Origin: Bacteroidota bacterium | Lineage (GTDB): Bacteria; Bacteroidota; Ignavibacteria; Kryptoniales; JAKASW01 | DNA: 64,000 nucleotides | Assembly: GCA_023381615.1 (NCBI GenBank) | Contig: JAMCQL010000075.1 | Coordinates: 5,500-69,499, forward strand | Direction: 5' to 3' | The notes under the pieces: generated by a model | Told to the model about the DNA's origin: nothing | The model's database searches: none | What the model saw: the letters and a program-made list of their open reading frames with translations, nothing else | Position numbers and translations under genes: made by a program | Shown: one piece after another, positions 1 to 9,970 of the stretch | How the letters are laid out: the number at the start of each line of letters is the position of its first letter | Numbering within the stretch: position 1 is the stretch's first letter

Positions 1-2
1 AT

Positions 3-380
3 ACCGTAAAGCTCAGTCTCGAATTAGAAGGCCGGTACATCGGCACGCTTCAGCCTGCCGACGGCTTCGGTAACGGTGGAACTTTCTTTTGCAAGCGGTC
101 AGAGAGGCATCTTCACCGGAAAACGAATTCGCTCGGTCTGAATTACTCCCTCTTAACAAATCCACAGTTCAAGTTCAAGTGGATTGCGATTGAGTTCGAG
201 GGCAGAAAATTAGTGACCAGTCGAGCTTTCTGGCTTGCGAGAGGAATGGTCTTCCATTTTGGGAAGGCCGGCTTTGAGCTTCAGAGCTTCCCTCCCTTGG
301 ATGAATTTGGTATCGACAAGGCAAGAGGCTTTGAAGCTATTCAGCAACCCGAATTGTTTCCTGAATTGTGCCATGACTAA
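3..380 (+). CDS. hypothetical protein, 5'-partial (runs off window start); first gene of a phage-like operon
   Basis: Stop-free frame from nt 3 to TAA 378-380; stop overlaps next start (ATGACTAA). No family recognised. Confidence 0.4.
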   Translation, partial: TVKLSLELEGRYIGTLQPADGFGNGGTFFCKRSERHLHRKTNSLGLNYSLLTNPQFKFKWIAIEFEGRKLVTSRAFWLARGMVFHFGKAGFELQSFPPLDEFGIDKARGFEAIQQPELFPELCHD

Positions 381-621
381 CCTTTCCAATTTCACCGACG
401 ACGTTCACGGATTAGTTCTGTCTGTCGAGAGTCTAATCTCCGATTCAGGCAAGCTGAAAGTTCAGACCAAGCCGGAGGCGCTTCTTCGCCGGAAGATAAC
501 CGACTATCTCGAAACGGCCTCCGGTTCCCTCATAGATGCGTACCGGCTTCTTTCCGATGCACAATCTTGCGGCTATGAAGAACTTGAGCATGTGCTCGAA
601 GAGAGCGAGGCGGAGGAATGA
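373..621 (+). CDS. small acidic hypothetical protein
   Basis: ATG 373 inside track ORF 235..621; coupled to both neighbours by overlapping start/stop codons (ATGA at 618-621). Confidence 0.4.
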   Translation: MTNLSNFTDDVHGLVLSVESLISDSGKLKVQTKPEALLRRKITDYLETASGSLIDAYRLLSDAQSCGYEELEHVLEESEAEE

Positions 622-1388
622 AGCACGGCAATGGCAACTGGCTCAGATACTATCGCAGCGCAACGGAAAATGAATTCTACTTTGCCGAGCGATTCACACG
701 ATGGCAAGGATGGGTTGACCTTTTAACCCTTGCTTGCTTTGCGCCTCGGACTGTCTTCATTCGTGGAATCGAGTTCCACTTGCAGCCCGGTGATATGATA
801 GAGTCGCAAAAGACACTTGCCAAACGCTGGAAATGGAGCGACAACACGGTAAGAAAGTTTCTCAACTTGCTTTCAGCGAGAGGCCAAATTTCGATAAAAG
901 TGCGTTACAGAATTTCCGTCATTTCAATATCGAATTGGGCACTTTATCAGGGTACAGACAATGAGGGTGCGCCACAAACTGCGCCACAAACTGCGTTAGC
1001 TATGAGAATGGTAAAGAATGTTAAGAAAGAAGATATGCAGCCGTTCTTCCGCTGTGAGTTCTTTTCTGTTAACGAGAACGATGCTTTCAATTACAGAGAT
1101 ACTTTCAATCTGTCAGAGGCAGAGCTTCTTTCCGAGCTTAAGCGAATGAGCCTTTGGTTAGAAAAGAATCCCGCAAAGAGAAAGAAGAATTACGGTAGGT
1201 TCATAGTCAATTGGCTGTCTCGAAGAAACGGCGATGGAACACCACAAGCCAATTCCGCTAAACGATTCAGTCGAACTGAAGCTGCAAAGTATGCGAAGGA
1301 ACACAGCTTTACCGTAGCAAACTTTGACCGTGTTGTTCGAGACGGCGAAGAATATTACCTCTTAAAGTCGGAGGTGCAAAATGGATAA
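618..1388 (+). CDS. putative replication-organiser / winged-helix DNA-binding protein
   Basis: Track ORF. Segment TLAKRWKWSDNTVRKFLNLL looks like an HTH; position directly upstream of and overlapping a DnaB-like helicase. Confidence 0.4.
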   Translation: MKHGNGNWLRYYRSATENEFYFAERFTRWQGWVDLLTLACFAPRTVFIRGIEFHLQPGDMIESQKTLAKRWKWSDNTVRKFLNLLSARGQISIKVRYRISVISISNWALYQGTDNEGAPQTAPQTALAMRMVKNVKKEDMQPFFRCEFFSVNENDAFNYRDTFNLSEAELLSELKRMSLWLEKNPAKRKKNYGRFIVNWLSRRNGDGTPQANSAKRFSRTEAAKYAKEHSFTVANFDRVVRDGEEYYLLKSEVQNG

Positions 1389-2767
1389 TTTAAAGCCGCT
1401 TCCTCAAAACATCGAAGCCGAACAAAGCCTTATCGGGGCGATACTCGTGGAGCCGAGCGTGCTTCCCGACCTTTCCTCAATCGTTCAATCTTCCGATTTT
1501 TACGACGAGCATCACAAGGCAATATTTGAGATGCTCCTAAAAATGCGCATCGAAGGAAAGGGTATCGACTTCATTTCTGTCAGGTCAATGCTCAAGGGGA
1601 ACGATGAACTGATTACAGCCCTTGTAGATTGTTCCAATGCCGTTTCCTCTTCGGTCTTTGCCGTGCCTCATGCTCAAATTGTCAAAGAGGATTCGATGCT
1701 GAGGGGCTTGCACAAGATTGGCGTAAGACTTTCAAACGATTCAAGCTCCGGCAGCGATGCCTTTGAGCTGATTGAGAAAACACAGCGTGAACTCGTTCAA
1801 CTTTCAGCCGTTCGGAATTCCAGGGCGGTGAAGGATTCCGGCAGGCTTCTCAGCGAATTCGAGCAAATGCTGAACGATATTGCTTCAGGCAGAGGAAGCG
1901 GCATCAAGTCTCATATTCCCGAACTCAATCGACATATCGGCGGGTTTAGACCAGGGGAAGTAACGCTCATAGCGGCGAACACATCCATCGGGAAGACGAA
2001 TTTCGTTATCGCAGTCTTACGCCGAATCGCTGAACGGCATTCCTCAGCCTTGTTCTCCCTTGAGATGAACAGCCGATTGATTTCAAACAGAATCATATCT
2101 CAGATTGCAGGGATAGAGCCAAGAAATGTTTTAGCTGGAAGCTATACGAAAGAGGACTTCCAAAGGCTCGCCGAAGCTAAGAAGCAATTCTCGAAGCTGA
2201 AACTTTTCGTTGACGATACAAGCCTGACGCTGAACGAACTTGAAGGAAAGGTATCGCAATTGAAAGCAACTCAACGAGCCGAATTTATCGCTGTCGATTA
2301 TCTGAACCTCATTCGCACCACGGCCAAGCATGATTCAAGGGAAAGAGAGATTGCTTTCATAAGTCAGACTCTGAAAAGAGTTGCCAAGGAAAACGATTGT
2401 GCCATGATAGCAGTTGCTGCACTTGACAAGGCGGGTGAAATGAACGGAAGTCCGAGACTGTCAAACATTCGGGAAAGCTCCATGCTTCTTTATGATGCCG
2501 ACAACATCTTGTTGCTGGACAGACCCGGCAGCGAGAGGCGAAGAAGCATTTACGGATTTACAGCCTGCTGGAAATAAGGCGCGTGTCCACGTGAGAAAGT
2601 CCCGAAATGGAATCACGGGCAGCTTTGAAGTTGAGTTCCTACCATCAACCGATTTTATTCCGTTGGAAAGCAATAAACCAAACAGCGGTAATGGTGCAGC
2701 GCAGAACAATGAGGTTCTTAAGGGCTTTGAGGCTGTGGCAGTCGGAGAAGACAGATTGCCGTTCTAA
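1381..2767 (+). pseudogene. dnaB: DnaB-family replicative helicase interrupted by a 1-nt frameshift near 2525-2560
   Basis: LPQNIEAEQSLIGAIL N-domain and P-loop ANTSIGKT. Frame 1 stops at 2577, while the conserved C-terminus (VHVRKSRNGITGSFEVEF) continues in track ORF 2492..2767. Confidence 0.8.
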
Positions 2768-2780
2768 GCATGGAGAAAAC

Positions 2781-3038
2781 ATGAAGCGAATAACGTCTTT
2801 AAAAGCGATACGTCTGAAGTGTCTTGATTGCTCAAATGGCAGTTCAAACGAAGTGAAATTGTGTCCGGTTGCAGATTGCCCCCTGCACGAATTTCGCCTT
2901 GGAAAGAATCCTTACACAAGGCGAAAGGTGAATATTGCCAACCTCAAGGCGTTCAAAAAAGCTCCCGTGGAAAAACAGGGGGTTCGGACGCAAAGAATCG
3001 ATTTTAAAGAATCCTCGTCCAGTGTGCAGGAAGCGTGA
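2781..3038 (+). CDS. small Cys-rich zinc-ribbon protein (phage/plasmid type)
   Basis: ATG 2781 within ORF 2607..3038; CLDCSNG...CPVADCPLHEFRLGKNP motif. Confidence 0.5.
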   Translation: MKRITSLKAIRLKCLDCSNGSSNEVKLCPVADCPLHEFRLGKNPYTRRKVNIANLKAFKKAPVEKQGVRTQRIDFKESSSSVQEA

Positions 3039-3736
3039 AGAATTGCCATTTTAACTTTGGAGGATGCCCCATGATAGTCTTAGTTGGAAATGTTATTTCC
3101 GAGGCCGTTAACATTTTGCTGATATGCGTTGTGTCAATTGGTATCATTTACGAGATTCGTTTGGTAAGGAGAATGAGACATGAGCAAAAAGACAGAGGGA
3201 CAGCTTAGGAGCTATCAAACAGGAACTCCATATCCCTGGCATAGTGGACAAGCCGGATTGTCGAACGGGAAAAGAATGCTTGAACAAAACAACGCCATCA
3301 AAATACTTTTGTGCGTGAATCGAATATGAGCGTAAAGCCCGAATAAGCATGCTTTGCATTTTGACCAGCGGTGTTTTCAAACTAATGATTCTTATCGAGG
3401 TCATGCTCACAGAATCAATTCTTTACCGCCTATCTTCGCATTAGACGAACGAACGCAAACCGAAGGTAAAACTTTCCTGAGTCTTCGCTGTACCATGAAG
3501 CTGAATTTGGAACGTTTACCCGTCTTGACAACTGCGAGGCGCGTTTGTTAAATTAGTGTACTATGAAACTCTTGAATGTGGCAATTCGAGTCAGAGATTT
3601 TGCGAAAGCCCTTGTGGGATTTCAAAGGCCGCCACAGCCTAAGAGTTTTCCCGCCTGGGCTTTTCCTTTTAATGCACATCACCACGAAAAAGCTGTAATT
3701 CACTCACCAAAAGACTCACCAGTGAAGCGTAACCTG

Positions 3737-3782
3737 TCGCCCTCTCAAGGCGAAAACACGGGTTCGACTCCCGTTAGCGCTA
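3737..3782 (+). other. tRNA 3'-portion-like sequence without a 5' half; candidate att remnant of the upstream element
   Basis: TCGCC-CTCTCAA-GGCGA (anticodon-arm-like, CUC), 4-nt variable loop, ACGGG-TTCGACT-CCCGT T arm, TAGCGCT+A acceptor strand. No complementary AGCGCTA or D arm upstream. Confidence 0.45.
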
Positions 3783-4001
3783 CTTACCTGCGGTAAAGTC
3801 AAAAGTCAAAAATCTTCAGTGCCGGTAGAGCTCATCACTCGTTGTATGAACGCTCTTACTCTTTTTACTTTTGACTTAATTATTCCAAGTACTTCTCTAC
3901 CGTAGCCCCGAAGAAAGCCTTATCTCTAGTCCCGATCCATTTGTCAACAATTTTTCCGTCCTTGTTGACCAGGAATGAAGTGGGAATTGCCAGGTATTTC
4001 A

Positions 4002-4871
4002 TTATTGCTTCACCCCAGTTTCGGTTTTCAAATATGCAACCAGATTTTTTTTCTCAAGATTCGCCGTTGCAATGCAAACATAATCGTCGGTGCTCCAAAC
4101 TGCCTGGATGTCACCGTCCGAATCCTCTGTCCAATACCATTCGCTCTTAGTAATTGTATCGATACAATTCTGAGGGAGGGAAATATTCTTCGCATTCATT
4201 ATTTGCCTGGGAAAACTGTAAATGTATATATATTCCTCTCCCATTTTATAGACCACATGTGTTACCTTGTTTCCATTTTGTGAGGAAACACTTCCGCCGA
4301 CCCAATCCGCGCTGGGGACCGCAGGAAGCGGAATTGAATAGCCGGCGTTTTGTCTTAAAAAAGATGCTACGTCGGCTGTAGCAATTGCTGTGACCTGAGG
4401 TTTGAATTTTCCGCTGAGGACGTCTTGAAAATTGTTTTCGGCCAGAGAAAGCCCGTCTTGCTGCGAGGTTACGACTGCTGCAAGCTGTTCTCCCGGGAAT
4501 GTCGGTATTATGAGATTCGGTTTGTTTGCAAAAAATAAAACCACCGCCAGAACAAGTACAACTGCGACGGCCATCATCGGCTGAAATATGCTGCTGCTGA
4601 ACAATTGCGTGAAGAAACCGGGATTGAATTCCAGTCCGCCTTCAGCAAATAGCTGCGCCATTATTGCCTGCTCGAGATCGTATGGAACATCGACAAGGGT
4701 GATCTTTCTTCGAATATAAGCTTTGGTCAGCCTCTCAAGATCAAATTCGTCCTTACAGCTTCCGCAAATCTCTATATGTTCGTAAAACCCCTGGGACTCG
4801 TTTTTCAGAAGCTGATTATCGACAGCTCCGCTCATCAACTCGCGCGATTCCCTGCAATCCACCATTACCAA
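4002..4871 (-). CDS. anti-sigma factor (zf-HC2 type), membrane-spanning
   Basis: N-terminal H..C..C motif (HIEICGSC), central hydrophobic helix, located downstream of an ECF sigma gene. Confidence 0.7.
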   Translation of the reverse strand: MVMVDCRESRELMSGAVDNQLLKNESQGFYEHIEICGSCKDEFDLERLTKAYIRRKITLVDVPYDLEQAIMAQLFAEGGLEFNPGFFTQLFSSSIFQPMMAVAVVLVLAVVLFFANKPNLIIPTFPGEQLAAVVTSQQDGLSLAENNFQDVLSGKFKPQVTAIATADVASFLRQNAGYSIPLPAVPSADWVGGSVSSQNGNKVTHVVYKMGEEYIYIYSFPRQIMNAKNISLPQNCIDTITKSEWYWTEDSDGDIQAVWSTDDYVCIATANLEKKNLVAYLKTETGVKQ

Positions 4872-5024
4872 CTCCTTTTATCCGAAGGATCGAGACTGTG
4901 TGAAAACCCATGAACGTTGGTTGCCGCAAGCTTTATGCCTGCGAGAAATCTCCAAAAACGCAACCTGAAGGTTGCGACTACCATAATTTTCGGACTTTTT
5001 ACACAGTCTCGATCCTTTGGACAA

Positions 5025-5615
5025 TCAATCTTCGTCTGTTTCATCATCATTATTCTTAAAACCACGTTTCAACGCATAGTCTCTCAGCATAGAGCGCAGC
5101 ATTTTTCTGCCGCGGTGAAGCCGCGACCTTACAGTCCCGATCGGAATTTCAATAAAGTCTGCGATTTCCTCGTAAGTATATTCTTCGATGTCGCACAAAA
5201 TGACAACTGTCCTGAAATCCTCCGGAAGCTCCTGTAATGCTTTTGCGACCTCATCTTCAAATAGGTTTCCAAATATTTTTTCCTGTAAATCATTAGTGTC
5301 AACCACGGAGCCTTTGACAGTCGCGTAAAAATCTTTCACATCGTCGTAATCGACCGTATCAGGTTCCTTGGATTCCTTCCTGTAACGGTTGATGTACGAG
5401 TTCTTCATTATTCGGAACAACCAGGCTTTCGCGTTCGTTCCCTGCGCGTACTTGTCGAAGAATCTATAGGCTTTCATGTAGGTTTCTTGGACAAGATCTT
5501 TCGCATCGTCGGGATCGCCGGTCATTCGGAGTGCAAAATTGTAAAGTGCCGCCATGTGGGGCAGCATTTCTTTCTCGAAATTTTTGTGTCTCGACTGAGT
5601 TTGTTCTATGCTCAT
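5025..5615 (-). CDS. ECF-family RNA polymerase sigma-70 factor
   Basis: Region 2 (DLVQETYMKAYRFF) and region 4 HTH (YEEIADFIEIPIGTVRSRLHRGR). Confidence 0.9.
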   Translation of the reverse strand: MSIEQTQSRHKNFEKEMLPHMAALYNFALRMTGDPDDAKDLVQETYMKAYRFFDKYAQGTNAKAWLFRIMKNSYINRYRKESKEPDTVDYDDVKDFYATVKGSVVDTNDLQEKIFGNLFEDEVAKALQELPEDFRTVVILCDIEEYTYEEIADFIEIPIGTVRSRLHRGRKMLRSMLRDYALKRGFKNNDDETDED

Positions 5616-5747
5616 AAAAGAAAGGTTGGCAGCATTAATTGTCTCTATAAGATTTTTTTATTATAACACTCAACAGAAACTAAGGCAAGCACGACGCAAA
5701 AGTGGAATCTCTGTACCGAAGTTTGTTATTTTACATCATAGATTATA

Positions 5748-6476
5748 GTGGTACGACTAACAGAATACATAGTTGTCATTTTTGTTTTTGCGATGATCGG
5801 TTCCATACTGCCGTTCATAAAAAAATGGCGGTCTGACCTTCTTCATCTTTTTATAGCATTCGGCGCGGGAGTCTTTCTCGGGGCGGTCTTTTTCCATCTG
5901 CTTCCGGACGTAAGCGCGTCCAAAGATGTTTTTGTCTTTGTTCTCGCCGGGTTTCTGTTCGTACTTCTATTCGAGCAGTTCACCGCGAAACATCATGACG
6001 TGGATTGCGGTCCGGACTGTCCGCACAAGCACGACGTGGTCGGGCTGTCGGCTTTTGTCGGACTGACGATCCACAGTCTCACGGAGGGATTCGGGCTCGG
6101 TGTCGGAGCATTGACCAATCCCGCGCTGGGGCTGGTCATTTTCATCGCGATAATTGCGCACAAGGCTGTCGGCTCTTTTTCGCTTGCAACGGTTCTCAGG
6201 CTTTCGAGTTTCTCGACGAAGAAATCTATGACGCTTCTCGTCATCCATGCGCTTATGACTCCCATCGGTGCCCTCGTCGCATACAAATTGATCTCATCTT
6301 TATTCGGCGGCGCTTCGGCTGTCGCCACAGCGCTCGCGGCGGGCACATTCCTTTACGTTGCAACGATGGACCTTCTGCCGGAAGCTTTTCATTTGCATTC
6401 GAGAAGGGGATGGGCGACTCTTTCGATGCTGTTCGGGTTGGTGCTGATGTTTGCGATAACGTTGTTAGGGGCTTAA
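5748..6476 (+). CDS. ZIP-family divalent metal (zinc) transporter
   Basis: About eight hydrophobic segments and His-rich motifs (HSLTEGFGLG, AHKAVGSF, DLLPEAF); GTG start. Confidence 0.8.
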   Translation: MVRLTEYIVVIFVFAMIGSILPFIKKWRSDLLHLFIAFGAGVFLGAVFFHLLPDVSASKDVFVFVLAGFLFVLLFEQFTAKHHDVDCGPDCPHKHDVVGLSAFVGLTIHSLTEGFGLGVGALTNPALGLVIFIAIIAHKAVGSFSLATVLRLSSFSTKKSMTLLVIHALMTPIGALVAYKLISSLFGGASAVATALAAGTFLYVATMDLLPEAFHLHSRRGWATLSMLFGLVLMFAITLLGA

Positions 6477-6567
6477 ATTTTATAAACATCGAACCGGACA
6501 AAGTTCGATGTTCTTTAAGCCAGAGGCTTACAAGTCCGGAGATTTTGAAAATGGAGAATATCTAATA

Positions 6568-7512
6568 ATGAATAAGAGAATTTTAGGGAAAAATGGTCCC
6601 GAGCTTACTGTTGTCGGTTTCGGCGCGTGGGCTATCGGCGGGCCATGGGAATTCGGCTGGGGGCCCGTTGATGACGAGGTTTCAGTGAAAGCAATCCAAC
6701 GCGCGCTCGATCTCGGAATCAACTGGATCGATACCGCCGCAGTTTATGGACTCGGGCACTCGGAAGAAATTGTCGCCAAGGCGATAAAGGGAAAACGCAG
6801 CGAGGTCTTCATCGCGACAAAGTGCGGAATGGTTTGGGATGAAAACAGAAAAGTGAGAATTCATCTGGGGCCATCAAGCATAAGGAAGGAGATCGAGAAC
6901 AGCCTTCGCAGGTTGAACACGGATCACGTTGACCTCTACCAGATCCATTGGCCCGATCCTGAGACTCCTGTCGAGGATTCGTGGGCAGCGCTCGCAAAAC
7001 TAAAGGAAGAAGGAAAAGTCAGATATATCGGCGTCAGCAATTTCGATGTTCCGCTGTTGAAAAAATGCATGGCAATAGCGCCGGTGCAGTCTCTCCAGCC
7101 GATCTACAACTTGCTGAAACGCGACGTTGAAAAAGAGATCCTTCCTTATTGTTCGGAAAACGGAATCGGCGTTGTCGCTTACAGCCCGATGATGTCGGGA
7201 TTGCTCACTGGGAAGTTCGACCCGAAGCGCCTCGCGCCAGATGATTGGCGTTCTAAAAATCCGATGTACAAGGAGCCTGTCCTTTCAAAGGAGATGGCGT
7301 TCATCGATAAGCTGCGCCCGATTACGGCAAAATATGGAAAGACTGTCGGACAGTTAGCGATTGCATGGGTGAATATGAGTCCGGCGGTTACCTCATCGAT
7401 TGTCGGCGCGAGAAATCCTCAGCAGGTTGAGGAAAATGTCGGCGCAGATTTTAAGATCGGTGCGGACGATATGAAGAAAATCGAGCAAGCGCTGAAAGAG
7501 ACTTTAGGCTGA
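6568..7512 (+). CDS. aldo/keto reductase
   Basis: ATG 6568 with GGAG upstream; LGKNGPELTVVGFGAW, DTAAVYG, LYQIHWPD motifs. Confidence 0.9.
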   Translation: MNKRILGKNGPELTVVGFGAWAIGGPWEFGWGPVDDEVSVKAIQRALDLGINWIDTAAVYGLGHSEEIVAKAIKGKRSEVFIATKCGMVWDENRKVRIHLGPSSIRKEIENSLRRLNTDHVDLYQIHWPDPETPVEDSWAALAKLKEEGKVRYIGVSNFDVPLLKKCMAIAPVQSLQPIYNLLKRDVEKEILPYCSENGIGVVAYSPMMSGLLTGKFDPKRLAPDDWRSKNPMYKEPVLSKEMAFIDKLRPITAKYGKTVGQLAIAWVNMSPAVTSSIVGARNPQQVEENVGADFKIGADDMKKIEQALKETLG

Positions 7513-7526
7513 TTGTTGATCCTTGC

Positions 7527-7550
7527 AGTCGACGTGGCTCCACGTCGACT
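7527..7550 (+). terminator. perfect GC-rich hairpin after the reductase gene (possible terminator)
   Basis: AGTCGACGTGG-CT-CCACGTCGACT followed by a T-rich stretch. The stem also belongs to the GTCGAC word family. Confidence 0.35.
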
Positions 7551-7625
7551 CCTTCTCCATCTTTCTGATTTCTCGTCCTTCCTTGTAAAGTCCTCCATCT
7601 CTGACTATTTTTGTTTATTAATGTT

Positions 7626-8717
7626 ATGATAAAATCTAAAGTCGCTGTCATAAAAGCCCGCCCAGAAACAGTCCTGAGCGATTATGCAAAGCTGATGGAA
7701 ATGGCCGGCATCCGCGAATCGCTCGACAGTAGCGCCGTTACTATTTTGAAAGACAATATCAGTTGGCACTTCCCGTATCTATCCGCAAACACAACTCCGT
7801 GGCAGCTTGAAGGCGTTACGTCAGGTTTGATCGCGGCTGGGTTCAATAAAATTGTCGCCGTTCACAACGACACTGTCGTGACTGATCCGAACAAGGGAGA
7901 GAAACTCAATCGGCTGATCCCGATTTACCGCAAATTTGGAGTCGAAGAGAAATTCAATAATAACCCTGACGACATAAAATGGGTTCGCTATTCTCCGAAG
8001 GCGAAGATGCTCGCTCTCGATAAGATTTTCCCCGATGGGATTCGTATCCCCGAATATTTTGTGGGTAAAAATATCGTTCATCTTCCAACGATGAAAACGC
8101 ATATCTACACCACGACAACCGGCGCGATGAAGAATGCCTTCGGCGGACTTCTGAATACGCGGCGGCACTACGCACATTCGTGGATTCACGAAACTCTCGT
8201 CGATCTGCTCGCCATCCAGAAAGAAATTCACGCGGGAATTTTTGCGGCGATGGACGGAACTGTCGCAGGCAACGGTCCCGGCCCCCGCACGATGATTCCC
8301 GTCGAAACCGATTTCATACTTGCAAGCGCAGATCAGGTCGCAATAGATGCTGTGTCCGCTAAAATAATGGGTTTTGATCCTTTGTCTATAAAGTATATCA
8401 GGCTTGCACACGACGCAAAGCTTGGCACGGGCGATCCGAGGGAAATTGAAATCGTCGGTGAAGATATAAGCGCGGTCAATTTTCATTTCTTTGTCGGCGA
8501 CAACGCCGCGAGCAGAGTCGGCCACCTGCTGTGGTTTTCTCCGATGAGAATTTTCCAGAAACTGTTTTTCAGGACGCCTCTCGTTTACGCTTTTGTTTTC
8601 GGAAGCTTCTTCTACCATGATTATCTCTGGTGGCCTACCAAGGGAAAGAAAATCCAAGATAGAGTCCGCAAGACCACAAAATGGGGAAAGCTCTTTTTGA
8701 GTTATCCCGAAGTTTGA
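7626..8717 (+). CDS. DUF362 domain protein
   Basis: ATG 7626 in track ORF 7611..8717; VAVIKARPETVLSDY start and overall pattern recalled from DUF362 proteins. Confidence 0.7.
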   Translation: MIKSKVAVIKARPETVLSDYAKLMEMAGIRESLDSSAVTILKDNISWHFPYLSANTTPWQLEGVTSGLIAAGFNKIVAVHNDTVVTDPNKGEKLNRLIPIYRKFGVEEKFNNNPDDIKWVRYSPKAKMLALDKIFPDGIRIPEYFVGKNIVHLPTMKTHIYTTTTGAMKNAFGGLLNTRRHYAHSWIHETLVDLLAIQKEIHAGIFAAMDGTVAGNGPGPRTMIPVETDFILASADQVAIDAVSAKIMGFDPLSIKYIRLAHDAKLGTGDPREIEIVGEDISAVNFHFFVGDNAASRVGHLLWFSPMRIFQKLFFRTPLVYAFVFGSFFYHDYLWWPTKGKKIQDRVRKTTKWGKLFLSYPEV

Positions 8718-8932
8718 GTGAAAGTAGTTTCTTCCGGTCAGGTGAAGTGACTTTGACAACTTGACATCGGCGAGGCAGCCATTTTTCTTTTTTTGTCGCA
8801 TTTATGATACAATTTGTCCAAAATTATTTGTGAATGAATCAGAGTCGTTGTTTTATTTGTGTATTTAAGCCCTTTTTGTCGGCACATTGGTTGAACTATG
8901 GAAGGTGTGAAAACAAAAAGGAGGAATGAAAT

Positions 8933-9400
8933 ATGGCACTGACAAGATGGAAACCCGAAAGGGAAGTGACGAATTGGTCGCCGATGCGCGATCTTCTGAA
9001 CATGCAAAATGAAATCGGCCGTGTGTTCGATAGTTTGTTTTCAGATTATGACAGCGGCTCATTTGTTTCACAATGGGCGCCGCGCATTGATGTGATGGAG
9101 CATGACGATGAGTACGTCATCAAAGCTGAACTCCCCGGAGTCGGCAAGAACGACGTCAAGATTACGCTTCAGGACAACGTTCTTACGTTGAAAGGTGAGA
9201 AGAAACAAGAGAAGGAAGAGAAAGGCTTGAACTTTCATCGCGTCGAAAGAGCTTACGGCAACTTCGAGCGATCCTTCACGCTTCCTACCGGCGTAAAGAA
9301 CGATAGGATAGACGCTACATACAGGGACGGCGTCCTGACAATAACACTACCCAAAGTGGAAGAAGCGAAGCCGAAAGAAATCGAAGTGAAGGTTTCTTAG
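8933..9400 (+). CDS. Hsp20/alpha-crystallin small heat-shock protein
   Basis: WAPRIDVMEHDDEYVIKAELPGV...GVLTITLPK alpha-crystallin domain. Confidence 0.9.
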   Translation: MALTRWKPEREVTNWSPMRDLLNMQNEIGRVFDSLFSDYDSGSFVSQWAPRIDVMEHDDEYVIKAELPGVGKNDVKITLQDNVLTLKGEKKQEKEEKGLNFHRVERAYGNFERSFTLPTGVKNDRIDATYRDGVLTITLPKVEEAKPKEIEVKVS

Positions 9401-9416
9401 GCGAGACTTTCTGTGA

Positions 9417-9452
9417 GGCTCCCCAAAATTGGGAGCCTTATCATATTTTTTT
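9417..9452 (+). terminator. rho-independent terminator after hsp20
   Basis: GGCTCCC-caaaatt-GGGAGCC stem-loop followed by a T7 run. Confidence 0.6.
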
Positions 9453-9463
9453 GAGAGGAATTT

Positions 9464-9958
9464 ATGCTGCAGCAAACAACAGTTGAAAAGGCGGAAAAGA
9501 GATTCGGTTTTCTTGACAATCTTTTCGAGGATTCAAATGGAAAAGGAGAACTCAAGAAGGACACAGATTTCTTGAGCGACGATTATGCAGCGGCGATCAG
9601 GATCGCTGCAAATTTATCTTCAAATGCGAAATGGATCCCTTATCCTTTCCTGCAAAACCGCATCAGGAAAATTGCCGATGAGATGCGGACACAGTCCGAA
9701 CTCTTTCGATCAAAAATTAGTGAGCTTGGCGGGCAGTTGCCCCAGGTCGCTGTTGATAATCGCGACTTGCTTGAGTTCAGGCAAAATGTGAAGCGGCTGG
9801 TCAAAGATATGGAAGAACACGCGGCACAAAGCGAAGCTCTTACTCATCAGAAGAACAAAATCACCGATGAGAGTGTTAAAGAGTTAATAAGCGCTGTCAT
9901 TGTCGACATGCAAAGGCAAAAAGACGAACTGATCGATATTGTAATGAGACTATCTTAA
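9464..9958 (+). CDS. hypothetical helical protein
   Basis: Track ORF with RBS-like GAGAGG upstream; no family recognised. Confidence 0.5.
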   Translation: MLQQTTVEKAEKRFGFLDNLFEDSNGKGELKKDTDFLSDDYAAAIRIAANLSSNAKWIPYPFLQNRIRKIADEMRTQSELFRSKISELGGQLPQVAVDNRDLLEFRQNVKRLVKDMEEHAAQSEALTHQKNKITDESVKELISAVIVDMQRQKDELIDIVMRLS

Positions 9959-9970
9959 CAGGAGAAATTG

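Noticed and set aside
3737-3782. tmRNA 3' end
   Set aside because: The T-arm-like GGTTCGACTCC fits, but it is preceded by a 5-bp stem with a 7-nt loop typical of a tRNA anticodon arm. No tmRNA 5' end or tag reading frame is apparent upstream.
3883-4070. Thioredoxin/TlpA-like C-terminal remnant (minus strand: ..MKYLAIPTSFLVNKDGKIVDKWIG..) just downstream of the anti-sigma gene, next to an A8 run
   Set aside because: Only ~40 codons resemble a redoxin C-terminus and there is no CxxC-containing N-part. It may be a relic or a chance resemblance, which is too weak to annotate.
6005-6565. 186-aa alternative-frame ORF over the ZIP transporter gene
   Set aside because: It has an Arg/Gly-rich out-of-frame composition. 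The ZIP frame has clear transmembrane and His motifs.
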